From an uncultured Gemmatimonadales bacterium (lineage in GTDB: Bacteria > Gemmatimonadota > Gemmatimonadetes > Gemmatimonadales > Gemmatimonadaceae), in NCBI GenBank assembly GCA_963707505.1, contig CAVPQB010000004.1, forward strand, positions 672,001 to 736,000: a DNA stretch of 64,000 nt. The letters run 5' to 3'. Shown here in pieces: positions 31,016-41,083 of the stretch. Position 1 is the stretch's first letter; every line of letters begins with the position of its first letter. The position numbers were made by a program, and so were the translations under genes. The notes beneath the pieces are model-generated. The model saw only the letters and a program-made list of their open reading frames with translations. It was not told the origin of the DNA and searched no databases.

Positions 31016-32259
31016 TGCAGCGCATATCGGGCGCCGGCGGGCGTGCAGCGCAGGCAGTCGCAGTGTTACTTCTCGTCGTCGCGAGTGCGTCGTGCCGCAG
31101 CCGTCCCGAGAGCGCGGGCGGACCTTACGGCGACATCGTCGCGCAGGCGGTTCCTGCAGTCGAGCAAGCAGTCGGTCTCAAGTTCAAGACGCCGCCCAGG
31201 ATCGAGGTGCGTAGCAAGGAGCAGGTGCGCGACTACGTGCTCAAGCAGCTTGCGGATACGGGAACCATGCGCGCGATTGCGGGCCAGTCCGCTGCCTACA
31301 AGCTGCTCGGCATGATCCCCGACACGCTCGATCTGCCGAAGCTGATGACGCGCCTGCTCGAAGAGCAGATCGTTGGATTCTATGATCCCGAGACGAAGGT
31401 GCTTTACATCGTGAAGGGGGCACCGAAGGAATCGGCTCAGCTCATCGTGACGCATGAGCTGGTTCACGCGCTGCAGGATCAGTACGTGAATCTCGATTCG
31501 ATCCAGAAGCTCACGAGCGACAACGATCGTCAAGCAGCGCAACAGGCTGTGTTCGAGGGCGAAGCGGTGTACGAGCAGATACACGCAATGCTCGGACCCG
31601 GTAACATCGCCGTAGCGATGCCCGGTGGATGGGACCGCGTGCGGCAGACCATTCGTAACAATCAGGCGGCGATGCCGGTCTACGCGAGCGCACCGATGGT
31701 GATTCAGGAAACGCTGGTGTTTCCATATCTGAGTGGCGCGGAATTCGTAAAGAACTTCCGCGCGCGGGAGCCCGGCAAGGTGCCGTTCATGGATCTGCCG
31801 GTATCGACGTCGCAGGTGCTGCATCAGAACGAGTTCTTCGACAAGCGCGTTGCACCAACTCCAGTCTCGTTCGCACGGGTTTCAGCTGTTGCTCCGACCT
31901 ACGAAAACGATCTCGGCGAGTTCGAAACGCGATTGTATCTCTATCAGCACCTGAACGACGTCGACGAAGCCGCGCGCGGCGCGTCAGGATGGAACGGCGA
32001 CCGTTACGTCACCTGGAACACGGCGAGCGGGCCGGCCATAGCATGGGCGACCGTGTGGCTGACGCCAGAGCGCGCCGCGGACTTCTACGAGTTGATGCAA
32101 CGCGCCGCCACAGCAAGAGAGCCGGCGAAGCACGGGCGGGCCGAAAGGGTCACGACGGGCGAGGTCGACGGCCGACCGGTTGTGCTGCTGGTCGATACAC
32201 CCGCCGGGATCGCCCCGCCGATCAGCGTAAGCGACATCCGTTTGGGGAAACGTCCGTAG
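31012..32259 (+). CDS. Secreted/lipoprotein putative zinc metalloprotease
   Basis: Signal/lipobox ASC, GFYDP, THELVHALQDQ (HExxH), EGEA, FPYLSG. Confidence 0.7.
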   Translation: MMQRISGAGGRAAQAVAVLLLVVASASCRSRPESAGGPYGDIVAQAVPAVEQAVGLKFKTPPRIEVRSKEQVRDYVLKQLADTGTMRAIAGQSAAYKLLGMIPDTLDLPKLMTRLLEEQIVGFYDPETKVLYIVKGAPKESAQLIVTHELVHALQDQYVNLDSIQKLTSDNDRQAAQQAVFEGEAVYEQIHAMLGPGNIAVAMPGGWDRVRQTIRNNQAAMPVYASAPMVIQETLVFPYLSGAEFVKNFRAREPGKVPFMDLPVSTSQVLHQNEFFDKRVAPTPVSFARVSAVAPTYENDLGEFETRLYLYQHLNDVDEAARGASGWNGDRYVTWNTASGPAIAWATVWLTPERAADFYELMQRAATAREPAKHGRAERVTTGEVDGRPVVLLVDTPAGIAPPISVSDIRLGKRP

Positions 32260-32329
32260 CCCGAGCCCGTTTCAAATGTGGAAAACCATCCGTTTGTGAT
32301 CGCGCCTCGAGATCACCTCGAGTGTGCTT

Positions 32330-32935
32330 CTACTGCTCCGCGCGAATCTCTGGCGTGGATGAAGGTGTCTGGTTCCTGGCCACATTGTGTTGCACGTCTG
32401 CAACAATTCTCTCCGCCAGCGCATCTTCATACGTGCGTGCGAGATCGAGGACGTCGATGTCGGCAATCTGATATTTGCCGATGATGTCGGCGAGCTCTCG
32501 AGCATCCAACCCACGGAGCTCCTGACGCAGTGTGTACTCGCCGGAATGTCTGTAAACCGCAAACGGATCCAGCACCGGCTCGTCGCTTCCGGTCGGTGTC
32601 GTCTCGAGAACCGACTCACCTTCGGCACCGTCAGCGGCGTCTGCAAGCCGCGCAGTTGCATCGAGGTTCTGCGCTTCCTGTGGGGCCAGTGCGCGGGCTA
32701 GAGCGTCTCTCAACTGGTGTCGCGTAATGCCAGCGGCCCAGAAACGAAGGTCGCCTCGGGACAGTTGCTCAGTCTCGCGCTGCGTTCGCACAGGGTCGCC
32801 GCCAATTCGCGGTTGAAACTCGATCCACGCTTCCCACAGTCCGGTCGGAAGTCGATTTCCACGCACTTCCGCGGTAAACATTCTGCCGTCTGCGCTTAGC
32901 TGAGGCTCGTCGAATTGAACCAGTACGTCCGACAT
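32330..32935 (-). CDS. Hypothetical protein
   Basis: Coherent ORF (VLVQFDEP, GLWEAWIEF, RETEQ, VLDPFAVY); start approximate. Confidence 0.65.
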   Translation of the reverse strand: MSDVLVQFDEPQLSADGRMFTAEVRGNRLPTGLWEAWIEFQPRIGGDPVRTQRETEQLSRGDLRFWAAGITRHQLRDALARALAPQEAQNLDATARLADAADGAEGESVLETTPTGSDEPVLDPFAVYRHSGEYTLRQELRGLDARELADIIGKYQIADIDVLDLARTYEDALAERIVADVQHNVARNQTPSSTPEIRAEQ

Positions 32936-33184
32936 GGCATCGAGGGCGGTGACGGGTCGCGAGTACTGTTGTAGTACCGCAAACATCGTCGATTTGCCGC
33001 GGCGTAGTGCAAGCAACCGGCCATATATGCTTTCAAGAAAATGTCATCCTGCTGACAGGAAGTTGCATCAGAGTGGATACGACGAAACGTCCGTTTCTGG
33101 CGGAATCGTATCCGGGATCCAATAATTGTGATGCCCCGCGGTGCCCGAATCGCCGAGCTGCGACGTTAACATTCAGCGGTGACG

Positions 33185-34495
33185 ATGCACGAGCCACCAA
33201 CGATCCAGAAGCCGCAGCCCCGCCTGACCATCGCCGCGCCGCCGATCGCGGACGAGGCGCTCAAGCGCGAGCGGTTGGTCCGCATGAAGCGTTTCGCGCT
33301 GCTGCTGCTCATCTTCTCAGGCGTCATTTTCGTCATCGCTCTCGTAATGGAGCGACGTTACGGTTGGCTCTGGCTCGGCTACTTGCGCGCAGCCGCCGAG
33401 GCGTCCGTGGTCGGTGGAGTGGCGGACTGGTTTGCCGTGACTGCGCTGTTCCGCCATCCGCTCGGTATTCCGATACCGCACACGGCCATCGTACCGGCGC
33501 GCAAGGATCGGATCGGTCGCGCGCTCGGAAATTTCGTCCAGCAGAATTTTCTGGACAGGGAAGTGGTCGCGCGCAAGCTCGCCGCACTCCGGCTGGGCGA
33601 CCGCACCGCGCAGTGGCTGTCGGAGCCTGCGAATGCGCGCACCGTAACTCGCGCCACCGCGCACGCGCTCACTTCGGCCGCGAACGTCCTGCGCGACGAG
33701 GATGTGCAGTCGTTCCTGGAGCGTACCGCCGGCGACCGTCTGCGCAGCGTGCAGGTCGCACCATTACTCGGTCGCGCGTTACGGTTGCTCACGGCGGATG
33801 GCCGGCACCAGGAGCTGCTGGATGAAGCGCTTCGCCTCGCCGCACGCGCGACGGAAGCGAACGATACGCTCATTCGTGAGAAGGTGCAGGAGCAGACGCC
33901 ATGGTGGATTCCCAACGTCGTGGATAGACGCATTTCCGACCGCGTGGTAAGTGGAATCGGCCGGACGTTGGCGGAGGTAAGCGCCGATCCCGATCATCCA
34001 CTGCGGCACAAGTTCGACGACGCGGTGCGCAATTTCATCGAGCGTCTGCAAACCTCGCCAGAAACCATCGCACGAGCGGAAGCGTTGAAGGAGGAGTTGC
34101 TCGCGGATGCGGCGACGCGCGAGTTCATCGGCACGATCTGGTCCGACGTCAAGCGCAAGCTCAAGGATTACGCGCTGCTCACCGAAGATGCGGAGTTTAC
34201 CGGTGGCAAGCTGGAGGGCGCGATCGCATCGCTTGCCCACAATGCGCTGGAAGATCCCGTGCTGTCGGAGAAACTGAACGGCTGGATCGATCAGGCAGTA
34301 CTCGCGGCGGTCGACGTGTCACGCACTGAGATCGCGCAGCTCATCTCGGGGACGGTGAGCGCATGGGATCCGCAGGAGACGTCACGCCGCATCGAGCTCC
34401 AGATAGGGCGGGACCTGCAGTTTGTGCGAATCAACGGCACCATCGTGGGCGGAATGGTCGGTCTGCTGCTCTATGCTCTCACGCGCGCATTGTAG
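33185..34495 (+). CDS. DUF445-family membrane protein
   Basis: AEASVVGGVADWFAVTALFRHPLG.PIPHTAI, IGRDLQFVRINGT.VGG. Confidence 0.9.
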   Translation: MHEPPTIQKPQPRLTIAAPPIADEALKRERLVRMKRFALLLLIFSGVIFVIALVMERRYGWLWLGYLRAAAEASVVGGVADWFAVTALFRHPLGIPIPHTAIVPARKDRIGRALGNFVQQNFLDREVVARKLAALRLGDRTAQWLSEPANARTVTRATAHALTSAANVLRDEDVQSFLERTAGDRLRSVQVAPLLGRALRLLTADGRHQELLDEALRLAARATEANDTLIREKVQEQTPWWIPNVVDRRISDRVVSGIGRTLAEVSADPDHPLRHKFDDAVRNFIERLQTSPETIARAEALKEELLADAATREFIGTIWSDVKRKLKDYALLTEDAEFTGGKLEGAIASLAHNALEDPVLSEKLNGWIDQAVLAAVDVSRTEIAQLISGTVSAWDPQETSRRIELQIGRDLQFVRINGTIVGGMVGLLLYALTRAL

Positions 34496-34530
34496 CGGCG
34501 CGCGTGAGAGAGAACGCATGACTGGCGGAA

Positions 34531-36990
34531 TCACGCACTCGCTTCCGCTTCCGCCATCGCGGGAGCGAAGTCAGCGAGTTGCGTCGGCGCGTCCGGCTCT
34601 GTAGCAGCATCGACCAGCGGCGGCTCAGGCTGTGGTAACAGCGCGACGCGCAGAACGTCATCCATGTCCGCGGCGAAGGTGAATTTCATCGCCTGCCGCA
34701 CTTCGTCCGGAATGTCGCGCAGATCCTTCTCGTTCGATGCAGGCATCATCACCTCTCTCAGGCCCGCGCGATACGCGGCCAGCACTTTCTCCTTCACGCC
34801 ACCGATCTCGAGCACCTTGCCGCGCAGCGTCACTTCGCCGGTCATCGCGAGATCGCGCCGCACGGGACGCCGGCTCAGCACGCTGGCGATCGCGAGTGTC
34901 ACGGCGGCGCCAGCACTCGGTCCGTCCTTCGGGATCGCGCCGGCGGGGAAGTGGATGTGGACGTCGGTTTCCTTGAAATCTTCGGCCGGGATACCCAGCT
35001 CGTTGCCGCGCGCGCGGACGTACGAATACGCCGCGTCCACCGATTCGCGCATCACGTCGCCAAGCTGACCCGTGACGATGAGTCGTCCGCTGCCGGGCAT
35101 GCGCAGTGCTTCGATCTGCATCAGGTCGCCGCCCGTCGCGGTCCACGCCAACCCGGTCACTGCTCCGATCTCGGGCTCCATCTCGGCTTCTTCCACATTG
35201 TAGCGCGGGACGCCGAGTACTTCGTTCACCATCGGGAGGTCGACTATCCACGCCCCCTCCTCACCCTCCGCCTTGCGTCTCGCGCGCTTTCGCATGATCG
35301 CGGCAAGATTGCGCTCGAAATTACGCAACCCTGCCTCGCGCGAATAACGGTTCGCGATGAATGCGAGTGTCTCATCGGTGAACTGGATGTCCTTGTCGCT
35401 GATGCCGTGATCTTCCAGCAGGCGCGGCAGCAGATAGCGCCACGCGATCTCGACCTTCTCTTCGACGGTGTATCCGGAGATGCGAATTATCTCCATCCTG
35501 TCGCGCAGTGCGGGCGGAATGTCGAAGAGATTGTTCGCGGTGCAGATGAAGAGGATCGACGAGAGATCGAACGGCAGATTGAGATAGTGATCTACAAATG
35601 TCTTGTTCTGTGATGGATCGAGCACTTCGAGCATCGCCGCGGTGGGATCGCCCGACGGTCCGCCATGCGTCATCTTGTCGATCTCGTCGATCATCATCAC
35701 GGGATCGCGTACCGCGACGCGCCGCAACGCCTGGATGATCAGTCCCGGCATCGCGCCGACGTACGTGCGCCGGTGTCCGCGAATCTCGGCCTCGTCGCGC
35801 ACACCGCCGACCGAGATCCGATAGAACTGTCGCCCGATCGACGTCGCGATCGCTTCGCCGAGCGACGTCTTGCCAGTGCCCGGCGGCCCGACAAAGCAGA
35901 GGATGGGACCGTGTTGCTCGCCGCCGCGCAGCTTGCGCACGGCGAGATATTCGATGATGCGCTCCTTGGCGTCGCTCAATCCGTAGTGTCGCGAGTCGAG
36001 CGCCTCTTCCACTGACTTGAGCTCGATCTGATCAGCGCCGGTGCGCGCGTGCCAGGGCAGCGACAGAATCCAGTCGAGATACGTGCGAATCACCTGATAC
36101 TCGCTCGACGCCGGCGACAGCATGCGCAACCGTTCGGTCTCACGTTTCGCTTCCGCCAGCGCGCGCTCCGGAAGATTCGCCTCTTCCACGCGACGCAACA
36201 GCTGAACCGAATCCTTTTCGCCGGGATCAGCCTCACCAAGCTCCGCCTGAATCGCGCGTAGCTGTTGGCGAAGGTAGAACTCGCGCTGATGTTGCTCGAT
36301 CTTGATTTCCGTCTGTCGCTTGACGTCCTCGACCACGCGCGCGCGTGCGACCTCGCGCTCGAGCCGGGTGAGTATGAAGCGAAGGCGCTGACCGATGTCG
36401 AGGCGCTGGAGAACTTCATCCTTGTCGGCGATCCGGAAGTTCATGTTCGTCGCAGCGAGATCGGCGAACCTCCCCGGATCGGAGATGTTCATCTTGAGAA
36501 TCGCCGGAACCTCGTCCGGGATTCTGTCGATGAGCTCGGCAAGTGTTTCAGACGCAGATGCAACGCGCGTGACAAGGTCATCGACTTCGAGCGCATCCGG
36601 CGCAACCTCGCGCGCGGGCTTGATGTTCGCTTCCGGGTACGGCTCCGTCTGAACGATCTCGCCGATCACGATGCGGCGCAGCCCCTGCATCGTGATCTGT
36701 ACCGTGTCGCCGGGAAGATTGATGCGCTCATGTATGCGTGCCGCGACGCCGACCCTGCCCACGAAGCGCGCGAGGTCCGCGTCCTGGTCATGATCGCCGG
36801 TCGCCACCACGAGCGCCACGATCAGCCCCGGTTCCTCGTGCGCTTTCAATAGCGCCAGATTCTCCGGCGCACCCATCTGCACCGCGATGGTGCCGAGTGG
36901 ATAGACGATGGTGGATCGGAGCGCCATCAGCGGAAGTGTCGGCGGCAGCTCCGAGCGGAGGATCTCTTCCTTGCGTTGCGGCTTGGGCAT
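34531..36990 (-). CDS. lon: ATP-dependent protease La (Lon)
   Basis: LON N-domain, GPPGTGKTS, HRRTYVGAMPG, DEIDK, PKDGPSAG (catalytic Ser), IGGVKEK. Confidence 0.96.
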   Translation of the reverse strand: MPKPQRKEEILRSELPPTLPLMALRSTIVYPLGTIAVQMGAPENLALLKAHEEPGLIVALVVATGDHDQDADLARFVGRVGVAARIHERINLPGDTVQITMQGLRRIVIGEIVQTEPYPEANIKPAREVAPDALEVDDLVTRVASASETLAELIDRIPDEVPAILKMNISDPGRFADLAATNMNFRIADKDEVLQRLDIGQRLRFILTRLEREVARARVVEDVKRQTEIKIEQHQREFYLRQQLRAIQAELGEADPGEKDSVQLLRRVEEANLPERALAEAKRETERLRMLSPASSEYQVIRTYLDWILSLPWHARTGADQIELKSVEEALDSRHYGLSDAKERIIEYLAVRKLRGGEQHGPILCFVGPPGTGKTSLGEAIATSIGRQFYRISVGGVRDEAEIRGHRRTYVGAMPGLIIQALRRVAVRDPVMMIDEIDKMTHGGPSGDPTAAMLEVLDPSQNKTFVDHYLNLPFDLSSILFICTANNLFDIPPALRDRMEIIRISGYTVEEKVEIAWRYLLPRLLEDHGISDKDIQFTDETLAFIANRYSREAGLRNFERNLAAIMRKRARRKAEGEEGAWIVDLPMVNEVLGVPRYNVEEAEMEPEIGAVTGLAWTATGGDLMQIEALRMPGSGRLIVTGQLGDVMRESVDAAYSYVRARGNELGIPAEDFKETDVHIHFPAGAIPKDGPSAGAAVTLAIASVLSRRPVRRDLAMTGEVTLRGKVLEIGGVKEKVLAAYRAGLREVMMPASNEKDLRDIPDEVRQAMKFTFAADMDDVLRVALLPQPEPPLVDAATEPDAPTQLADFAPAMAEAEASA

Positions 36991-37058
36991 GTATGAGAAT
37001 CTAGGGCGCTAGACCGGCATAGTTAAGCGCCGGGGACGCCGATATGTCCCAGCCTTTC

Positions 37059-37150
37059 GTGACACCCCCGAAAGCGGGAACCCATCCAACGGTCATCCGC
37101 GCGAAAGCGGGGATCCATCCAACCGTCATCCCCGCGGAAGCGGAAATCCA
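37059..37150. repeat. Three tandem REP-like palindromes, 33-bp period
   Basis: gtgacacccccgaaagcgggaaccca (37059), gtcatccgcgcgaaagcggggatcca (37092), gtcatccccgcggaagcggaaatcca (37125). Confidence 0.85.
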
Positions 37151-37184
37151 TTCTTGACCATGCCATGGCGGTTTGCAACGGTCC

Positions 37185-37570
37185 CGCACCAATCTGAGGT
37201 CGAACCGGAACGGAAGCATGCGTACCACTGTGATTGCACCTTCATCCTGGTGACGCGGATTGATCAGCACATTGGATTCTCCCGGCACGATTGCGGAGGG
37301 CACCAGCAGCGCTGCAGTGCCGCCACGAGCGAGCCAGGCGTCGTCCAACGCGCGCGACGCGGGGTGCGATGGCTTGTCTTGCCATTCCGGCGGAAGCACA
37401 TCATTCGGAACGGTCGTCGTGCGCAAGTTGTCGGGGATCTCCGTCTCGTAACTCATGAGACCTGGTGGCACTGCGTCCGGCTCAACGTGTACCAGCACCT
37501 CCAGCACTGCAAGCGACAGCCGCTCGGATGCGTACACGACGGGATTGCCGGGGGAATTCCATCGTCCGCG
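37185..37570 (-). pseudogene. RES-domain (NAD+-consuming toxin family) gene remnant lacking its N-terminus
   Basis: In-frame RGRWNSPGNPVVYASERLSLAVLEVLVH...LLVPSAIVPGESNVLINPRH...FRFDLRL. No in-frame start before GRWN, and the frame runs on into the REP array. Confidence 0.72.
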
Positions 37571-37673
37571 GTCAGCCGTCCTGCTCGAATCACACTCTCC
37601 AGTGCGCTGACGGGCACCAGGGCACCATAGGCGCTGATCCCGTCGGCATCGGTCTACCCCTTATCTTTCACGC

Positions 37674-39011
37674 ATGTTCGAAGAACTATCCGATAAACTC
37701 GAGAACACCTTCGCCAAGCTCCGCGGCCGCGGCGTTCTCACCGAAGCCGATATCAAGGAAGGCCTCCGCGAAGTGCGCCGCGTGCTGCTCGAAGCAGACG
37801 TGTCGTTCACACTCACGCGCGAATTTCTCGAGCGCGTGGAAGCCAAGGCCGTTGGCATCACGCAGCTCAAGAGTGTCTCACCAGCACAGCAGCTCATCAA
37901 GGTCGTTTACGAAGAGCTCACTGCAATGCTCGGCGAGCGCCGCGAAGGGCTCAAGCTGTCATCGATTCCGCCGACGGTGGTGATGTTGGTCGGACTGCAG
38001 GGCTCGGGCAAGACGACCACCGCGGGCAAGCTCGCACTGAAGCTCAAGAAGGAAGGTCGTGCAACGCGTCTCGTCGCCGCCGACGTATATCGTCCCGCAG
38101 CAATCGACCAGCTCGAGACACTCGGCAAACAGCTCGACGTCCCCGTGTACGCCGATCGTTCCACGCAGGACGTCGTGCGCATCGCTAAGGCCGGCATCGA
38201 GGAAGCGAAGCGCGAGCGCGACCGTGTGGTCATCGTCGATACCGCCGGCCGGCTGCAGATCGACGATTCGATGATGCAGGAGCTGCAGCGCCTGAAGAAG
38301 GAAATCCAGCCGACTGAAATCCTGCTGGTCGCCGATGGCATGACCGGTCAGGACGCAGTGCGGATCGCCGAAGGATTCGACAAGGCGCTCAACGTCACCG
38401 GCGTCATTCTCACCAAGATGGACGGCGACGCGCGCGGTGGTGCGGCGCTCTCGATCTACGGCGTCACCAAAAAGCCAATCAAGTACATCGGTGTCGGCGA
38501 GAAGTCCGATGCGCTGGAAGACTTCTATCCCGACCGCATGGCGGGCCGCATTCTGCAGCAGGGTGACGTGCTCACACTGGTCGAGAAGGCCCAGGGTGCG
38601 TTCGACGCAGCGGAGGCCAAGAAGCTCGAGAAGAAGGTCCGCAAGGAAGGGATGGACCTGGCCGACTTTCTCACCGCGATGAAGCAGATCGAGAAGCTCG
38701 GGCCCCTGGAAGGGATCCTCAAAATGCTGCCCGGCGTCAACACCAAGGCGCTCAAGCAGATGAAGACCGAGCCCAAGCGGCTCAAGCACGTCGAGGCGAT
38801 GATTCTGTCGATGACCCCTGCTGAGCGACGGGACCCCAGTCTGCTCAACGGATCCCGGAGAGCCCGGGTCGCCCGTGGATCGGGCCGGACGATCCAGGAA
38901 GTGAACCGGCTCCTGGAGCAGTTCCGTGACATGCAGAAGATGATGAAGAAAATGGGCACCAAGCCCGGTGGCCGGATGCCGGCACTGCCAGGCATGTTCG
39001 GGATGCGTTAA
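37674..39011 (+). CDS. ffh: Signal recognition particle protein
   Basis: GLQGSGKTTT, DTAGR, TKMDGDARGGAALS, M-domain ILSMT..ER, SRRARVARGSG. Confidence 0.98.
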   Translation: MFEELSDKLENTFAKLRGRGVLTEADIKEGLREVRRVLLEADVSFTLTREFLERVEAKAVGITQLKSVSPAQQLIKVVYEELTAMLGERREGLKLSSIPPTVVMLVGLQGSGKTTTAGKLALKLKKEGRATRLVAADVYRPAAIDQLETLGKQLDVPVYADRSTQDVVRIAKAGIEEAKRERDRVVIVDTAGRLQIDDSMMQELQRLKKEIQPTEILLVADGMTGQDAVRIAEGFDKALNVTGVILTKMDGDARGGAALSIYGVTKKPIKYIGVGEKSDALEDFYPDRMAGRILQQGDVLTLVEKAQGAFDAAEAKKLEKKVRKEGMDLADFLTAMKQIEKLGPLEGILKMLPGVNTKALKQMKTEPKRLKHVEAMILSMTPAERRDPSLLNGSRRARVARGSGRTIQEVNRLLEQFRDMQKMMKKMGTKPGGRMPALPGMFGMR

Positions 39012-39100
39012 ATTTCTCAGGCTATACCGGATGCGCCGCGGAGACACCGCGGACGCGATGAGTCCGGCGTTCGACCCGCTACCTCATAGGGAGTATTCAC

Positions 39101-39457
39101 ATGGTTCGTATTCGTCTCCGCCGCATCGGCCGCAAAAAGGCGCCGGTGTATCGTATAGTCGTCGCCGACTCACAGAGTCCGCGCGATGGCAAGTTCATCG
39201 AGATCATCGGTCAGTATGCTCCTCGCCAGAGCGAGGGCGGGTTGAACGTCAATGAGGATCGCGCCAACTACTGGATGAACGTCGGCGCTCAGCCGAGCGA
39301 TACCGTTCGGTCGTTGCTGCGTCGCGCTGGGATTCTCAAGCGCCGTCACGAGCTGCGCACGGGACGCGTGGTTACCTCCAAGGCCGCTCCGGTCGAAGAG
39401 CAGCCCGATCTGTCCAACGTCATTCCGATCAACGAAGAGCCAGCTGCCGAAGCTTGA
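39101..39457 (+). CDS. rpsP: 30S ribosomal protein S16
   Basis: MVRIRLRRIGRKKAPVYRIVVADS.SPRDGKFIE, GAQPSDTV. Confidence 0.98.
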   Translation: MVRIRLRRIGRKKAPVYRIVVADSQSPRDGKFIEIIGQYAPRQSEGGLNVNEDRANYWMNVGAQPSDTVRSLLRRAGILKRRHELRTGRVVTSKAAPVEEQPDLSNVIPINEEPAAEA

Positions 39458-39479
39458 TGCTTCAGCGCGCATAAATTGC

Positions 39480-39509
39480 AAGGCCGGCCCCGTGGCCGGC
39501 CTTACTTTT
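39480..39509 (+). terminator. Intrinsic terminator after rpsP
   Basis: aaggccggcc-ccgt-ggccggcctt followed by actttt. Confidence 0.7.
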
Positions 39510-39512
39510 GCC

Positions 39513-39593
39513 CGTCATCCCCGTTTGTTCGTCATTTTCCGCTTGCGCGTCATCCCCGCAGCCCATCGTCATCCCCGCGAAAGCGGGGATCCA
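39513..39593. repeat. REP-like element plus three partial CGTCAT half-sites
   Basis: cgtcat at 39513, 39530 and 39548; full cgtcatccccgcgaaagcggggatcca at 39567-39593. Confidence 0.8.
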
Positions 39594-39603
39594 TTTTTCA
39601 ACG

Positions 39604-40161
39604 ATGCCAGATAACGCATTCGCAATCATCGGCCGCATCCGCAAGCCCCAGGGCATTCGCGGTGACGTCACGGTCGAGCTGCTCACCGACGAGCCCGAGC
39701 GTTTCTTCGCGCCCGGAAGTCGCGTATTCGCGGGGACGATCACGGGTGACATTGCACAGCATCCGTCCGATCGCCGGAACCCGCTGAGCCGGCAGGAGCT
39801 GCGTGTGGAAGAGGCCTCGCCATACAAGGGTGGCCTCGTCGTGAAGTTCGACGCGATGCCGGATCGCACTGCCGCCGAGATGTGGCGTCAACGGTATCTG
39901 CTCGTGCCAGCGGATGAGCTTACCCCGCCGAGTGTTGACGAGGTATTCATGCACGATCTCATCGGCATGCACGTGCGCGGCGACGATGGAACCGAGATCG
40001 GCGAAGTTACGGGTCTGTATGAATTGCCGCAGGGACTCACACTCGACGTGAAGCGTGTGGGCGGCGATGTGCTGGTTCCGTACCGACCGTCCGTTGTGCG
40101 CGAAGTCGATCTGGATGCGCGCGTGGTGCTGGTGGAGATGTCGTCGGGATTGTTCGAGTGA
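39604..40161 (+). CDS. rimM: Ribosome maturation factor RimM
   Basis: IGRIRKPQGIRG, HDLIG, LVPY; synteny rpsP-rimM-trmD-rplS. Confidence 0.93.
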   Translation: MPDNAFAIIGRIRKPQGIRGDVTVELLTDEPERFFAPGSRVFAGTITGDIAQHPSDRRNPLSRQELRVEEASPYKGGLVVKFDAMPDRTAAEMWRQRYLLVPADELTPPSVDEVFMHDLIGMHVRGDDGTEIGEVTGLYELPQGLTLDVKRVGGDVLVPYRPSVVREVDLDARVVLVEMSSGLFE

Positions 40162-40201
40162 TGTCGTGCGTGACGGTGTGCGCCATCGCAACGCGGTCGA
40201 C

Positions 40202-40855
40202 ATGCTGACGATAAACGTCGTAACGATATTCCCCGATTTCTTCACGACGCCGCTCGCGCTCAGCATTCCGTCACGGGCCGCTGCGGCTGGTTCCGTGAAG
40301 TACAATGTCGTCGACCTGCGCGACTTCACGCACGATCGTCACCGCACGGTGGATGATTATCCGTACGGCGGCGGCCCCGGAATGGTGATGAAACCGGACC
40401 CGTTCTTCGAAGCCGTCGATGCACTTGGCGCGAGCGCTCCGATTGTGCTGCTGTCGCCGCGCGGGCGCCGCTTCGAACAGGCGGACGCGGTGCGATTCGC
40501 GAGCGGTACGGAGCTCACGCTTTTGTGCGGCCATTACAAGGACGTCGATCAGCGAGTAGCGGATCATCTCGCTACCGAAGAGCTCTCACTCGGCGACTTC
40601 GTCGTGAGCGGAGGAGAGGTTGCTGCGCTTGCGATCATCGACGCGACGGCGCGGCTGCTGCCCGGCGCGATGTCGGATCTGGAGAGCGCTTACGGCGACT
40701 CGTTCTACGATGGCCGCGGAATATCGGCGCCGAGCTACACGCGGCCGCCGGAATTCAGGGGACACGCTGTGCCGGAGATTTTGTTGTCGGGCGATCACGC
40801 GAAGATCGCGAAGTGGAAGAAGGAGCAGGAGCGCTCGTCGGCAAGCCGCGAATGA
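40202..40855 (+). CDS. trmD: tRNA (guanine-37-N1)-methyltransferase
   Basis: VDDYPYGGGPGMVMK, LSPRG, CGHY, SLGDFVVSGGE, YTRP, LLSGDH. Confidence 0.96.
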   Translation: MLTINVVTIFPDFFTTPLALSIPSRAAAAGSVKYNVVDLRDFTHDRHRTVDDYPYGGGPGMVMKPDPFFEAVDALGASAPIVLLSPRGRRFEQADAVRFASGTELTLLCGHYKDVDQRVADHLATEELSLGDFVVSGGEVAALAIIDATARLLPGAMSDLESAYGDSFYDGRGISAPSYTRPPEFRGHAVPEILLSGDHAKIAKWKKEQERSSASRE

Positions 40856-41019
40856 CAGGGCAAGTCGAGCTCTCCGAACGCTCCTGGCGCTTCGCGGCGA
40901 CTGGAATTGCCGTCAGTTTTCGCGGCCAGGCCGGGGGCTTGCCGCCAATACCGCGTGCCACCGCGGAGCCGTGCCAGTGTCAGCTCCGAGTATGGCCACG
41001 GGCGGGGTCCGACCTGCCA

Positions 41020-41048
41020 TTGCAGTTCAATTGGTACCCGGCTATTTT
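41020..41048 (+). promoter_or_regulatory. Possible sigma70-type promoter for rplS
   Basis: TTGCAG-17 bp-TATTTT in a 230-bp intergenic gap. Confidence 0.35.
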
Positions 41049-41083
41049 CCAAGACTGTCCCCGAAAACGTCGAGAATATCCCC

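Noticed and set aside
37059..37150. Possible mini CRISPR array
   Set aside because: Linkers are about 7 bp and nearly identical, not unique spacers; no cas genes; the same motif is dispersed elsewhere as a REP.
39508..39603. N-terminal extension of RimM (…VIPAKAGIH…)
   Set aside because: It is the translation of the REP element; the plausible start is ATG 39604.
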